From positions 8,742,001 through 8,806,000 of the forward strand of contig JAGIQG010000014.1 of the NCBI GenBank assembly GCA_024679065.1: DNA of 64,000 nt. The letters run 5' to 3'. The notes under the pieces are model-generated. The model saw only the letters and a list, made by a program, of their open reading frames with translations, was not told the DNA's origin and ran no database searches. Source of the stretch: Sphyrna mokarran. Lineage: Eukaryota. The translations under genes were made by a program, and so were the position numbers. Shown one piece after another: positions 12,271 through 26,280 of the stretch. Positions within the stretch are counted from its first letter, which is position 1; every line of letters begins with the position of its first letter.

Positions 12271-15200
12271 ATTTTGGAAAAGTACAAGTACTCCCTTTTT
12301 GAACTCAAAACTATTATGTTAATTTTATTCATGACCTTTAGGTATACGTCGAAGGTCACCATTGTTCATTTTTCAACTACTGATCTCTGCCAATTCTAAC
12401 ATTTCTTATATTATATTATGTTTGGCCTGTCAGGCAATTTAGCGTTCAGATGACAGGCAACGATCCAGGTATGATCTTGTATAACCAATAGACCAGCGCG
12501 TGTACTGCTGACTGATTCCATTCACAAACGGCATACACGAAAGATTTATGAGAGAAGCGTTTCGCATTGGTACGAATGCTACAAATAACCGAGAATACCT
12601 GTATCGAATTATTGACTGAAACTAAATTTCCAATTTGCCTGCTAGATCACATTGCAGTTTAAAATTAGGGGGAATCGTGTAATTCCTTCCCCTGCGTTAG
12701 GTGGACACGTGACAATCTATCTTACCTTCTGGGTAGACACCCACACTACATCACAAGAGCAGTTGCGGTTCAAGGAAATGACTCATCAGCAACTTAACTG
12801 GCAAGTGAAGTAGGATAATAATCGACGGATTCAGAGTGATTTTGTCCATTTCTCTATTGGCAACAGAAACCGTTGAATAACGCAACTCACCACAACCACC
12901 TAAAGGACAGTTAGGGAGTGGAAACTAAAGGTAGCGTAGAAATTAATCCCTATGTCAAATAAAGTAATGAAAATGGACTTTGGAACCAAGAATACTGAAA
13001 GCACACTGCGCAACAACTCTCCCCACGTGTCTTGTCTAAGTCATGGTAGAAAGTATCCGGCAGCTTGTTCACGGATCGGTCCAGTGAGATTAACGTCCAG
13101 ATCAGTTTTCTAATGGAGTTCAAGCGGAGACAAAATTCATAAACGTCTATGTGGTTGATGGAAGTGCCTTTAAGCTCTTTATTATTTGTAACCGATATTA
13201 CCTCTATCACAAAGTCCTAAATTTGGTGGAGCGATCTTTTATCTCCCTCTTCGTGTAAAAGGTATCGTTCATCGAGGTAACAATGGAGATACAATAGAAT
13301 TCCACACGAAAGCTTTCGAAACCGTTATCTATCTGGTTACCTGCTAAACCGTCCTGTTTCCTGGAATAGATTCAAGAGCTCGTGAGACTGAAACATGAAT
13401 GGATAAGAGGAGGTTCCGATTTTTTTTTAAGAGGATGCTTATTGGAATGGAAAAAATTGTAATAAGATATTCTCCTCGATAACCAGTGTGCAGAGAGTTC
13501 GGGTAACTTGTAGGGTATTTAACATGAATTCGGGAGTGTTTTCACGGAGCGGTATTCAGAATTTGGAACACATTGCCTCAGAGGTTGAGAGAGGCAGGCA
13601 CTTCAATAAAATTTATCAAACGGCTATAGTATGCCTTTTAATTTGCCGAAGGTACAGGCGACAGACAGGAGCTGGATAGTGCATAAATATGTCCGCCGTC
13701 AAAATGGACCGAATGACCTGTCCACATGTTTTGCACTATTTAGTCTTTATATTTATCCTGTTTTATATTGTTCCATGGATTCCAACTGTATGCTCGAACA
13801 TATGAAATAGACAAAATAAACGGAGATATTAAAAATGTTTGCTGAGTGCAGAAAGGAAATTGTGACGATCAAAATACGAAAACAGACTTGGACGATTTTA
13901 CATCGTTGTTGGAATGTCGATTTTTCCTGTGTTAACGTTTTACAATTAGAATCTTCTGCCTGGTCAACAATTTAAGATAATAGTTTGTCGTAACTTCCTT
14001 TCTAAAGATTTGCGATTGGTTGTGGTTGATTGGATGTTCAAGTAAGGGAACATTGATATGTGTGTCCACTTAATGCGTTTGATAAATATAAAATGACCAG
14101 CAAAAATTCCAAACGGAAATTTTAAATTGGACTATCACAGAGATCTTGTATGATTGGACAAAAGGACCAGTTGAAAACGACTGGGAATGTGGTACTGCCT
14201 GGAAGAGGTTTTAGAGATAGCGTCAGTCGCAAAGGCTGGATGAATATACAGAAGTAAGAAGGCCAGTAGGCGTTCCAGGGTTTTATACAAATGTGTTGTG
14301 GTGATGGATAAGTTCTCTTCGAAGGGCATAGTATACGTTCAGTTGGAAAGTCCTGTAATGGAGGAAATTTAGGATTTGAAAGATTTTAGTGTTTGATGCG
14401 TCGCTTTCGGGGATTGGACGAGAATTTAGAAATAAAGATCACTGGTGGGGCTGGACGAGTTTTCAGGAATGGGGAGTTTAAAGATGGAGTTTTTTTTTTA
14501 ATACGGAGGATTAAAGGAACAGGAGGATGATGAGTACATAAGGAGCGTCGATCTGGAGAGAGTTTGGAAATATTGAAATTCAAATACACGAACAGTGATT
14601 GCAGCACTTTTGCTGATTTGGAAGGGAAGCATTGCTATAAAGGCTGGTGGGTATTACAGAGATCGAATCTGATCTCTGCTTTGCTATACAAACCGGTGAC
14701 GTACAGTCTATTTCTGTATGTTCCTCCACTATTACACGTCTCCATATCTTCCCAAGTTCCCTAAACACTATAACACTCCCTGATCGATGACATCATCGAT
14801 GACATGGTAATCATATGATTGTTCTGGCAAAAGATTCCTCGGCACCAATTGGCTGTCCTGTTTTCTTGAATTTAAGAGCGATAACACTTTAAACAACAGA
14901 TCGCTTGTGGTAAAGGACGTTGGGACATTTTGTTTGTATTGCAAGAGAACGTGTAGAACATCTAAATAATGTTTCTTCTCAATTCCCGTCACCAAGGGAA
15001 TCACAGAAAGTCAGCAAATCACAAAAAATGATATTTCTAGCTAATTATTTGTTTAAAATTAAAGCCATTATTATCTGTAGCATTAACCATTAAAACATCA
15101 AAACGAAAAAAAGTTTATGCCTTGAATTTGAATGAACTAATTTCGCAAAAGTGCACTCTTTGCAATAGGTAAATACATCCAAGATGGGAGCAGCAGTAGG

Positions 15201-15686
15201 AAATGTGCGCCCAGTCAGAATAATCGGCACAGAATCTCAACACAAGTTTGTGCGTTGTTTCTTCATATCCCTTAACAATGCATTTTTTTAATGATCACTC
15301 TGCAACGTACAATGTGGACATTGTATATATTGTTCTTGTCACAACATAGGGAAAAATAAAACACTTGAAAGAACCACACATTATATAGAAACGTGAAGGC
15401 ATTTTTTTCGGAAACTAATACATTCTAACTAAAATGAAACGTGCGATAGAATTGTACTTTGTTGAAAGCTGAAGAGACTAAACGGAAGGTAAGGGAGGTG
15501 AGACAAATTGTTGGATTGTTGGATTCTAGTAAAGGATCAATTGTTTAGCAGGTTGGGGATAAAACGTATTGCGGATTTGAATTTTAATTCGTTGGTACAT
15601 TGATTAGAGGTGAGATGAGCAACAATATGTACTTCAGCGATGAAGGAAAAGGTACTGAAGGTATGCTACCTTATTATCATAAGCCT

Positions 15687-15988
15687 AATCCATAAAATCC
15701 ATAGCTTTTCTACAATGCAGAAAACGGTCATTCGATCCATGGGCCTTCACTAAACCTCCCAACGTGCAGTCTACATCGGGGCACTCTCCGCCTGATTCCC
15801 GTAATCTCTTATCATTGATCATGGGCAATCCACTTAAATGACGTCTGTGGGTAGAAACTGAAACACACGAAAGAAATCCACGCAGACGCAGGCAATTTGT
15901 ACAAATTCCACAAAATAGTAAAACCGAGGCTGCAATCAATCCAGGTCCCTGGCGGTGAGAGACAACATTACGAATCAATGCGCAGCCT
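15687..15988 (-). mobile_element. tRNA-derived SINE (V-SINE/HE1-like), old copy
   Basis: CR1-like tail aatccataaaatccatag, a decayed V-core (gaaactgaaacacacgaaagaaatccacgcagacgcagg) and a tRNA-like head at the right end. The paralogous copy lies at 53465-53770. Confidence 0.65.
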
Positions 15989-16269
15989 GCAAAGAGAACA
16001 AAATTGATATGATGATTTACCTTCGTTTAAAGTTGAGCAACTAAACCGTTAATACACCTATTGACAACTCATTTTCCAGCCCGATGGACTGAACTCACTT
16101 GGCTGAGGCTAGATCCAGGAATGCAGGATAAATATTTTCATGATCTCTTGAAAAATCCCTGCACCAGAGTTTTTCGAACGGAAGAAATGGGCGAGTGGTA
16201 TTAGGACTGGACTTTTAATTCTGGAAGCCAGCTGTTGTGCAGGGGATCCGGGTTCGAACCCTGTCACGG

Positions 16270-16490
16270 ATATTGAAATACATAAAAAAAGGAATCTGGA
16301 ATTTAGAATCTACTGATCAAGGTGAAACCATTGTCGAAAGTCTGAGATCTCAGTTCTTATTTGCCTGGTCTAAGTATGAATCCAGAGCTACAGCAATGTG
16401 GTTGACTGGCCTCTGCCCTTGGGCAATCAGGGATAGGAAACAAATGCGGGTCATCCAGCGACGCCCATGCCCCACGAATAAACAAATTTT
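16270..16490 (+). mobile_element. Old SINE-like repeat
   Basis: gcctggtctaagtatgaatccagagctacagcaatgtggttgact...cagcgacgcccatgcccacgaataaa. The paralog is at ~54020-54255. Confidence 0.55.
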
Positions 16491-19400
16491 GCACAGTATC
16501 AGCGGTGTGAGCCATCTAAAAGACACACTGCAAGGCTCCTTTGAAAGCACCTTCCAAGCCCTAAAATCTATCACCTAGAAAGAAAAGGGTGGGTAATGCA
16601 TTGTGTGCAAACTAGCGCTGCCCAGATCCCAGGATGGAATGCAACAAAAACATCTTATTTGTTTGTCGTGAGGTTGTTTCACTCTCTATAACATCCGATC
16701 AATCCATTTTTATCATGCAAGTGGCCTTGTGTTGTCGTTTCACCTCATTTTTAGCTGTGCCATATCCTTAATCTGGCATGCCATTTTCCCATATTCATTG
16801 AATCAAAATTGACTATCAATTTGATAGTAATGATAGTTTGGGTGACATGACTTGCGTCGAATTCGCAGCTTATGCTTGAATGGTGACCTGCTACCGCTGA
16901 TAGCGCACAAGGCCATTAGGATATCATGTTTTCAGTTAAAAATGTTTGGAACTTATCCCATCTACCGTAGCGGCAGTGCACACAATATAACGAAAATTAT
17001 CCAAAATTTGCAACTGAACTGTACCCTATTTAGGACATTGCGGTCGTCATCCTACCAAATCTATTGGAAGAAGTAACCGCTACATGCACAGAGTACATGG
17101 ATAAGTGCATCCGGGACTGAGATTGGTGAGGATGAATTGATTTTATTCACATTTCTTTAGTAAACATTTGGTGTTTTTTTTTTACCCTCAGCTTACCCAT
17201 ATGAACAGACCTATAAATATATTAATTTGGAGCAGAAATAGATGACATTTTCCGTGGAATTTCTTCAAGTTATTTCTTATTCTTTCAATTTTTTCTGAAT
17301 ATAAGTGCAACCTCAGCACGCCTTCAACCTGACACAGAATCGTGTTATTAATTTCGTAAAGCTCCGCTGAAATGTGTCAAATAGATTCTTTTTTTTCTTT
17401 AATAACAAGGACGCCAGGCAAGTCTCAGCCTTTCTTCTATTAGTTTTATCAGGTCAGGTTAGGCCAGCTGCTGGCGAAGCAAGATCAGTAATAACCAGCA
17501 TGACGTTTCACTGCCCATGCCTAACCTGGTGCTATGTTATTTCATTGGATTCTGTTCAAGGTTGAGGACCCCAACTCGCCCCAGGCAAACCTTTGTTGGA
17601 TGCATGACAACATGCCCTTGCCTCTGTCCATACGTAGGAATTGTTATCATGCATCACAATATCATAAGGTAAGATACAGTCACTATAACTGCATCAGTCC
17701 TTTGTTTTACTGATGACCAGCCCCCAAATGTTCAGATATTAGACTTTGACAGAATGAATGTCCCGTGCATACTGCTGTATTCTTTGGCAATGGCGATGTT
17801 CGGTGATCCATATGGCTTTGATCCACTTAGAATTCGAGTGGCTAAGTGGGCCATTTCAGAGTCAGCGACTCAGAGTCAGGGCCTGGAATCACATATAGGT
17901 CAGGCCAGGTAAAGATTACAGATTTCTTAAACAGATGGATGCTAACTTTAATCGGCCATGCTTTCATTGTCATTATTAGGGGAGTCTTTTCGTTGGTTTT
18001 CAAGTTGTACGATTGCAACAGCAATGGTAAGCTTTTAAAACGGCCGTCAGAGCAATAGCCTCTATATCTTGATTTCTCACCAAGTGTATTTTCACTACAA
18101 CATTATCTATCCAAGTGATTGTCTCCCTGATAATTGCAAAATAAAAACAAAGCCTTTGCTAAGGAAACGCGGATTATGCTTGTCACTGATAAAATTATAT
18201 GACGAAAATAGCACTGAATATATAATTCTCTGTGTTATCATTAGAATTGAATTGGGTCTATAGCTACACGGTCATAACTTGATGTTGAAATCTATTTGCG
18301 CAAAGCAAACTAAATACAATGTTATCAACGTTGCAATCTAGCATATCCCCAAGGACGCCGAATACAATAGAAAATAGTAGGCACGCACTGATTCACATTT
18401 CATAGAGAAACTTGCCCGACCACAAAGGAGCATATCACATTGTACAGAAAATATATTATCTGATAGATAGTATCCTAGGAATATATTGCAACATCCTTAC
18501 TTTTACTGGGCTTCCTGCGAAGTCACTATAGATAATAATCTTGTGCAAAGATGTGTCTCAATTGTTCTATTATTTTATTTTGCAATTGATAATGTTACAT
18601 GCTGCTTTTGAAAACACAATTTTCCAGGCAATGAAAGAATTATGTTATTTTGTTGAATCAAATTCTTGAATTACCTGAGCTGTGTTAATCAAATGTTTTA
18701 GCTGGTAATATATCTTACTATCTGACTAAGGGGCTTCTGAATGATGATGCTCATCGTGCCTTTAAAGCAACATTGTGTAGATATGAATCTGACCTCAATG
18801 CATGCAACATCTTTGAGTAAAGTTAGTAATTTCGAGTTTTTTGGGATTGCCTACTGTTGTAGAATTATATTGAGTCTTGTTCAGGAATTGAACTTGGCAC
18901 CACTGACTCTGCATGTGTTTCTGTCAGTGTAGACCTGTTCAAAGAGATGTGCACCAACTGAACTAAAATAAAATATCTGACTGCACTAATTATGTGTTAC
19001 TGTAGCTGTAATATTATACTACATGAGGCTCACCAACTCAGCACCAGAAAAAGTTTGCCCATTCCCTTTCCAGACTCTACCAAATGGACAAATGATCGAT
19101 TCGAAGTTGCATTTGCTTATTATCAATTACTCTCTGCCCATACTTACTTCAACATGTTGCACTTAATCGCTGAGTTAGACATTGAAAATATCTGATTACT
19201 AAATCGCAGTATTGTTTGCTGGCTCCCTTATAGTTAATTTTGTGGCAATTTGTGGTCTTATGCGGGGAAAATGCAGCCTCTCCACGTGCACTACTCATTA
19301 CCTGGTGACACGATATGGCAGCAGTGGATCTATTGGTTATCATCACCGAGGTAATACTGCAAAGAAATGTGTACTACTATTATTCCCGGGGTAATTTTGC

Positions 19401-19887
19401 TGTACATCGTCCCTGTATGTAGTATTATCAACATCAGACGACACTGTGTAGCCGTATAATGTTCTGTCTTGTTTAATGTCATTTTCTCCTTTGATCGATC
19501 ATTAGAAACTTGTTATCAGAAACTGAGAACTAAATATTGAAACAAGAAAACAGCAGCTGCTTTCTAATAACAATCTATTTTTTCACTCTATCAAGAATCA
19601 TAGCATTCTACTTTACATTTGAACTGTGGAGAAGTAATCAACGAAGTGACACCATTCTATTATATAAAACAACTATTTCGCTGAGCTAACATTTGACCAG
19701 TTTAATTAGGTTTTAACTTCAAATCTTTTATTTGCTTCAATTCTGCTGTTCAACGCTCTGACAATCAAACATATTTTATTGGCCAATCGAGTCAGTGAGG
19801 CACTGAAGGGTCAGAAAAAAAAGAAAGAGTCGTAGTGACCAGACACTGAGAGCAGAAGGAAGCCTTGGTATTTACTGTTCTTCATAT

Positions 19888-20648
19888 AGAACAAAGAACA
19901 TAGAACACTACAGCACAAACAGGCCCTTCGGCCCACAAGTTGCGCCGAACACATCAAAACCTACCCAGCCATAGACCTATCTATAACCCCCAATCCCATT
20001 GGATCCCATATACTCATCCAGGAGTCTTTTAAAAGACCCCAGCGAGTTCGCCTTGACCACCACCGACGGCAGCCGATTCCATTCACTCACCACCCTCTGA
20101 GTGAAAAACTTTTCCCTAGCATCCCCTCTGTACTTGCTTCCCTGCACCTTAAATCTGTGCCCTCTCGTCGCGACCATTTCAGCCCTGGGAAATAGTCCCT
20201 GAGAGTCCACCCTATCTAATCCTCTCAACATCTTGTAAACCTCTATCAGGTCGCCTCTCAATCTTCGTCTCTCCAGGGAGAACAGTCCCAGCACCCTCAA
20301 CCTGTCTTCATAAGGCATGCCTCCCAATCCAGGCAACATCCTTGTAAATCTCCTCTGCACCCTTTCAATAGCTTCCATGTTTTTCCTACAGTGAGGCGAC
20401 CAGAACTGCGCACAGTACTCCAAGTGTGGTCTGACAAGGATCCTCTAAAACTGCAGCATTACCTCCTGACTCCTGAACTCAATCCCTCGATGAATGAAGG
20501 CCAGTACACCGTAAGCTTTCTTAACCACATCCTCCACCTGGGAGGCCGATTTGAGAGTCTTATGGACCCGGACCCCAAGATCCCTCTGCTCTTCCACACA
20601 GCTAAGATTCCTACCTTTGATAGTGTACTCATTCATCCCGTTGGATGA
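19888..20648 (-). mobile_element. Young 5'-truncated CR1 inserted into pseudogene B exon 2
   Basis: Tail agaacaaagaacatagaacac. ORFs 19977-20423 and 20445-20636 are a clean CR1 ORF2 C-terminus (EYCAQFWSPH...RRRLRGDLIEVYK...FFTQRVV.WNRLP). ATAT is present at both junctions. Confidence 0.93.
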
Positions 20649-20723
20649 ATATCTGGTAGCTTCATCCTTTTGTTATCGGTGGGTGTTTTGCATGTTTCAT
20701 AATATAACATTAATGAAGCAACG

Positions 20724-20749
20724 TATATATATACACACACACATATGTG

Positions 20750-20788
<39 letters not shown>
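20724..20788. repeat. (TA)n/(CA)n microsatellite
   Basis: The dinucleotide run is directly visible. Confidence 0.95.
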
Positions 20789-20792
<4 letters not shown>

Positions 20793-23700
20793 CGAGTACA
20801 ACTTGTTAATGTTTTTCTCCCGCTTCTCCAGGAAGCAAGTCCGACTGGTTAATATTTTTCCTGGGGAGGGTGAGAGAATAGGGATGAATCGTTTGGTGAA
20901 TTGAATGGATCGATATGCTTGTTTGATGGGAGCAGCTAACATATTTAGAACAATTTGCTATTTTTTTTTTCACAGAAGAGACATATCCAGGAGTTAAGGG
21001 ACACGAGATCACATTCAGAGGACTCAAGGTAAGGATGTTGGAGGAGTAAAGCACTGACGGGCTGTGAACTGTGGGAATGTATTTTGGCTTCTTTTCAGAA
21101 CAGGTATCGCCAAAAAGCTCAGTTCATGCAGGAACTCACGAGACCAGAGTCCCAATGAAAGACACATCTTTATCGATCAACGATCAAGGTTAGCCTTGAG
21201 CAGTCAATACCTTACTAGAATAGAAAGACTTTAGAATTCTCGTTCCACTCTAAAATTGCAGTATATCAATCAGAACAATTAGACATTGCCCAAGTTTGCA
21301 TCTTTCACTTTTTTTCCAGTGAATATTATGAAATATTCATCATTTGTACAAATCAATCACTGTTAACAATTGTCTTATGCGTTAGCCAGTTGAATTATAC
21401 TCTCTGGCATCATGGAATTTCAATGGCTTGAACATCTGGATTCTTCTCCCCTCTGTCAGTTATAAATTAACAAAAAATCGGATTTTACATTTCAACTAAT
21501 TGGGAATATGCCGAGGTTTGAAGCTGTTGCAGTAACAAATTTCTTTATGCAGCGACTCAGTCTAAATTCAGAGAACAGTTTAAAAGTGCAACGAAGCACC
21601 AATTTACTGTATTTAATCCCAGATACTTAGCTACAAATGTCAAAGTTGCTGCTCCCACCAATTCTCATTCACGTCAATGGCCGAAGAAGATAGCTGCCAT
21701 TCTCATACATGAGAAGGGATGCCTTATCAGGGCAACTTGAATTGTCCTATTCATAAAGTGGCTTTAGAAGCCATAGCTTTCGTAAGGTTTTCTGAGAAAA
21801 CCATACACATTCTGTGTTTTCATTCTTCCAAGGAATGTGTTTCGTCTGCCAAAGCACCTTCCTTCACAGCCTTTGGATAAAGTGTACAATTGCCTTTAAA
21901 ATATAGCTAATAATTTCAGATATCAAAACAAATATTTAAATCGTAAATACTTGATCAAATTGCACACATAATTTAAGTCAATAAAGCGTTTATGCCACTT
22001 TCCTGATACAGTTTCCCCTGTAACACTGAGACTCTGATCTGGGGTCATTATAATTATTGCTAGCAGTTTATTTTGTCTTAAATTCCTGATAATTGGAAAT
22101 TATCAAGTATGATCTACTATGAATTTCTCCAACAGCAGAATATTTATAATGATACTATAATATGTGAAACGCTACGTGACAATGAAGGTACAATGAGCCA
22201 AATAAAAATGGGAACCTTTAGGACACCGTGGTAGATACAGAGGAGTAGGCAGACGGGCCAAAGAGCCGTGATCAGGGACAATTTTTGTGCTATCAAATAT
22301 AGGAAGGGAACTGTGTGGTGGCAGCGCATTAACAAAATCAGAGCGTCGCCAGATGGTGTGCAAGCTACAGCTGCTGAGACCGCCAACTTAGCTGGCTCGA
22401 TTCTCAGATTCTAAAGTATTGAAAGAAAGAAACGTAACTCTACTTACGAAACGAAAATTATTCAAATGTTGTAAAGCTACTTGTGAGAGCTGGTTACATT
22501 TTAAATATTACAACAGACAATTTATTGTGTCCCGGTCCCTAAGTTTCAAGCTGTAGAGCTCACAAGAATGAAACTCGAATGGGAGGTTGAGGGGAGGGCG
22601 AGTGGCGCTGTTCACGTGTTCACCTGTTCACCTGTTTACGTCCAGTCCATGTCTGGACAGAGCGACAGAGCCCGGATAAGTGATTAGAGATGACTTCGGT
22701 TAATGATACCGAGTCTCCAATGCCTCAAGCCTTTGGATGCTGGCCAACTCAATTTGTCACTGTGATAACTCTTTCAAGCTGAAAAAAGGATGTGATCGCT
22801 CAATCTGAGCTCAACTTCTGATTACTGATTCTGCTTAGCATCACTAAGGCCGCCTCTTTCACCTCTGCGACATCATCTGACTCGCTTCCTGCCTAATCAT
22901 TTCTGTGACTGGAAATCTATAGCAATCCGTCTTACCTCTGGACTTAACTATTGCAGCCTGCTGCTTTCTGACCTCAAACAATGTAACCTCCAGTGAGTAA
23001 AGGTTGTCCAAAACTTTTGTGCCTATGCCCTTATCACACAGAGCCCCATTCATCAGTTCTGATCACTGACTCATACTGTCTCGTTATATATGATTTAAAT
23101 TATTGCCACGCTTTTTAGGCCCCTTATGGTTTTCTATACCCCAGTTAATGTTCATCAATCTCCTCTTAAAGAAATTATATCCAAATCGGCCATTTTTTTT
23201 TTCCATGGCTAAAATTGTGCAGCCCTGCCAATATCTCCTGCAGGATTAATAACATTATCCAAAACTTAGTGAGAATGTTTTAATCGCAGTCTCAGGGATC
23301 ACTTTGAAGTTATGGTTAGAGAAATAATTAATGCTATAGAGATTAGCAATATATTTTGATCGCGTCAGATGGAGAGAGACCCGTCTGGAACATCAGCACC
23401 ATCTGCAATAGATGTTCTGAATCGTCTATTCCTTTCTCTGCTTCGTCCGTCTGTCAAAACTGTTTGCATTGTCTTCAGGTAGTTCATTCAAGATTAGAAT
23501 AGCTCGACTTGTGAACATCAAGCCCCTTCATCTCTTCTCTCGTTGTCACATTTGTCAATTACTACCAAGCGCCTGAAGTTGATGTTGCGATGGACAGATT
23601 GTTTTATCAATCTTACATCTTCCCATAATGCTGCATTCATTCTGTACTTTGAAGATCGGTGACAGAACGAAGTGACGAGATGATGAGGGAGAAGATTCAA

Positions 23701-24044
23701 CACACATTACTATATTATACGTTAGGTAGGTGGATTATTGAGTTTCCGGGAATGGGGTTCACCCGCGGAAACAATGTCAGTGCAGACTCGATGGGCTCCT
23801 TCGGCATTGCAGAGATTCGACATTTAACTATTCTTATTTGGTCAACACGGGCAATATCAGGTCACAGCTCACAGTACAGGTTATGACTTGACTTTCTGCA
23901 GTTTTCTTTGATCTGCATCTCTGTTTCCTTTAAGTTGATCAACAATTCCTATTATGCTTGATTTCATTTGTCATTGGTACTTTGCTGTTGACCATCCAGC
24001 CATAATCCTTCTTGATAATCTTGGAACATTAAACGCATTGACCC

Positions 24045-24365
24045 ATAAAGAACAAAGAACAAAACAACATGGGAAACAGGCCCTTCGGCCCAACGAGCAC
24101 AGGCCGCCACCCCGATGTTCCCAACTCTATCCGCGATCCCTGTCCATGTTTATAGATCTATGCATTAAAAACCAAATTTGAGACAATTTAGGGAGAATTT
24201 GTTTTGCCAATTAGCCTAAGAGCACATCTTTGGGATGTGGGAGGAAACCGGAGCGCCCGGAGAAAACCCACGCAAGCACGGGTAGAATGCGCAAACTCCC
24301 ACAGACACAGGCTCAAATCCATGTATCTGCACAGCACAGCGATAGTCACTGAGCTGTCGTGTTGC
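24045..24365 (-). mobile_element. V-SINE/HE1-like SINE
   Basis: CR1-derived tail aaagaacaaagaac...acaggcccttcggccc and the well-preserved core tgtgggaggaaaccggagcgcccggagaaaacccacgcaagcacgggtagaatgcgcaaactcc. Confidence 0.8.
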
Positions 24366-24589
24366 CCATCAGATGGTCCAGGTCAAGCGTACACTAACAC
24401 TAAGCACTAGGTGCTGAGTGAAGCACTAGGATACTCTCGAAAGAGATCCAAGAGCAGTCCTCTCACGACCCATCGCGTGTATGCCCCTCGTGAGACAACA
24501 AGGTGGACCAAAGCACCTGTAGGATAAAAACAAGTACATCAATATCATCATCTATTTACACACTTCCCAGGGACTCCCAAGGCTCATGA

Positions 24590-26280
24590 TCCCTATTTTA
24601 AATCAGTTTTCTATACCCCTCCATTCCCATTCTGTACATGTGCCCATCTAAGTATTTCTTAAATATCTCCTAAGTACCTGCCTCCACCACTTTACTTGGC
24701 AGCGCATTCCATACGCCCACAACGCTCTGTGTGAGAAAACTCCCTCTAGCATCCAAATGATACCTTACCCCCCTCACCCTACGCCCTTGACCCCTCGTGC
24801 TTTTTGAGCCCATCCTAGGAAAAAGCTTAACCCTGATTACTCAATATACCCCCTTCAAAATCTTGTACACCTCTATCAGATCTCCTCTAAGTCTACGTCT
24901 TCCTAAGGAAAACAGTCCCAAATTGCCTAAGCTGTCCTCGTAACTCAGACCTTCCATACCAGGCAGCATCCTGGTAAACCTCCTCCGCACTCTCTCCAGA
25001 GTCTCCACGTCCTTCCGGTAATAAGGCGACCAGAACTGGACGCAGTACTCCAAATGAGGTCTAACCAGTGTTTCATACAACTGCAACATTAAAGGCCAGC
25101 TCTTGTACTCTATACCCCTTCCTTTAAAGGCTAACATACTATATGCTTTTTTCACAACCTCCTTCACTTGCTCTGCCAACTTCAGAGACTTGTTCACCTG
25201 TACCCCCAGGTCCCTCTGCGTTTCTATACTCTTAATAGGTCTACTGTTTATCATTTACCTCCCCCCTACATTCTTTCTCCCGAAATGCATCACCTCATCT
25301 TTATCAGGATTGAATTCCATCTGCCATCTGTCTGCCCAAGCTACCAGCCTATCTATGTCCTGCTGCATCGCCTAACAACGCTCCTCACTATCTGCAAGTC
25401 CAGCCATCTTTGTATTGTCTGCAAACTTGCTGAACTCTCCACTTACTCCCTCTTCCAAGTCATTTATATATATTACAAACAGAAGAGGTCCCAGTATCGA
25501 GCCCTGCGGCACATCACTAGAGACCGACCTCCAGCTAGAGAAACACCCTTCCACTATTACTTTCTGTCTCCTATTACCAAGCCAGTTACTTATCCATCTA
25601 GCTACCTGTCTTTGTATCCCATTTGCCTTGACCTTCTCGACTAACCTCCCATGAGGGATTTTGTCAAACGCCTTACTAAAATCCAAATAGACAACATCAA
25701 TGGCTCGCCCTTGGTCCACTGATTTCGTCGCGTCCTCAAAAAATTCTAGCAAATTTGTAAGACACGACTTTCCCTTAACAAATCCATGCTGCGTATCCCG
25801 AATCAGATCACAACGCTCTCAGTGCCTATACATCCTACCTTTAAGAATTCCCTCCAACAGCTTCCCTACCACTGACGTCAATCTCACTGGCCTATAATTT
25901 CCAGGGTTATCCCTACTACCCTTTTCAAACAACGGTACAACATTAGCTATTCTCCACAGGGACACAGGACCTCACCTGTGTCCAAGGAAGAGACAAAGAT
26001 TTGCGTCAGAGGCCCAGCAATTTCACCTCATACCTCCCTAAGCAGTCTGGGATAAATGCCATCAGGCCAGGAGATTTATCAGTTTTAATGCTACCTGGAA
26101 GCTCTAACACTTCCTCGATCGGTACGGATATTTCCCTCAACTGGTCCACAGCTCCCTCAGAGACAGGAGCTGTCAACAAACCCCTCTCCTTCGTGAATAC
26201 CGACGCAATGTATTCATTCAGGATCTCTGCCATTCCCTCGGGCTATAAGCACAGTTCCCCACCTCTGTCCCGAAGAGGTC
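24590..26280 (-). mobile_element. CR1 LINE, ORF2 reverse transcriptase through C-terminus, disrupted
   Basis: ORFs 26006-26233 (KSPG), 25372-25752 ([13 protein letters not shown]...VPQGSILGPLLFVIYINDL...KFADNTK) and 24841-25254 ([15 protein letters not shown]). Confidence 0.93.

Larger units (their letters stand above)
18451..20810 (+). pseudogene. GPR139/GPR142-like pseudogene B (paralog of gene E)
   Basis: The exon 1 remnant at 18451-18517 starts ATA instead of ATG, and its donor reads CGAAGT instead of GTAAGT. Exon 2 starts at 19234 (NFVAICGLMRGKCSLSTCTTHYLVT) and has frameshifts and stops. It is split by a CR1 at ~19888-20648 and resumes atatctggtagcttc (ISGSF) at 20649. The TM7 region is missing. 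Confidence 0.9.
14450..22190 (+). repeat. Segmental duplication copy 1 (paralogous to ~52195-59125)
   Basis: Collinear matching blocks: 14451 ctggacgagttttcagg / 52199 ctggacgaattttcaagg; 15041 ctaattatttg / 52803; shared SINEs; exon 1, intron and exon 2; 21631 ctacaaatgtcaaagttg / 58563; ~22170 cgctacgtgac / ~59103 cgctacgttac. Confidence 0.9.

Noticed and set aside
15940-15990. tRNA-like box sequence
   Set aside because: It is a SINE head with no cloverleaf.
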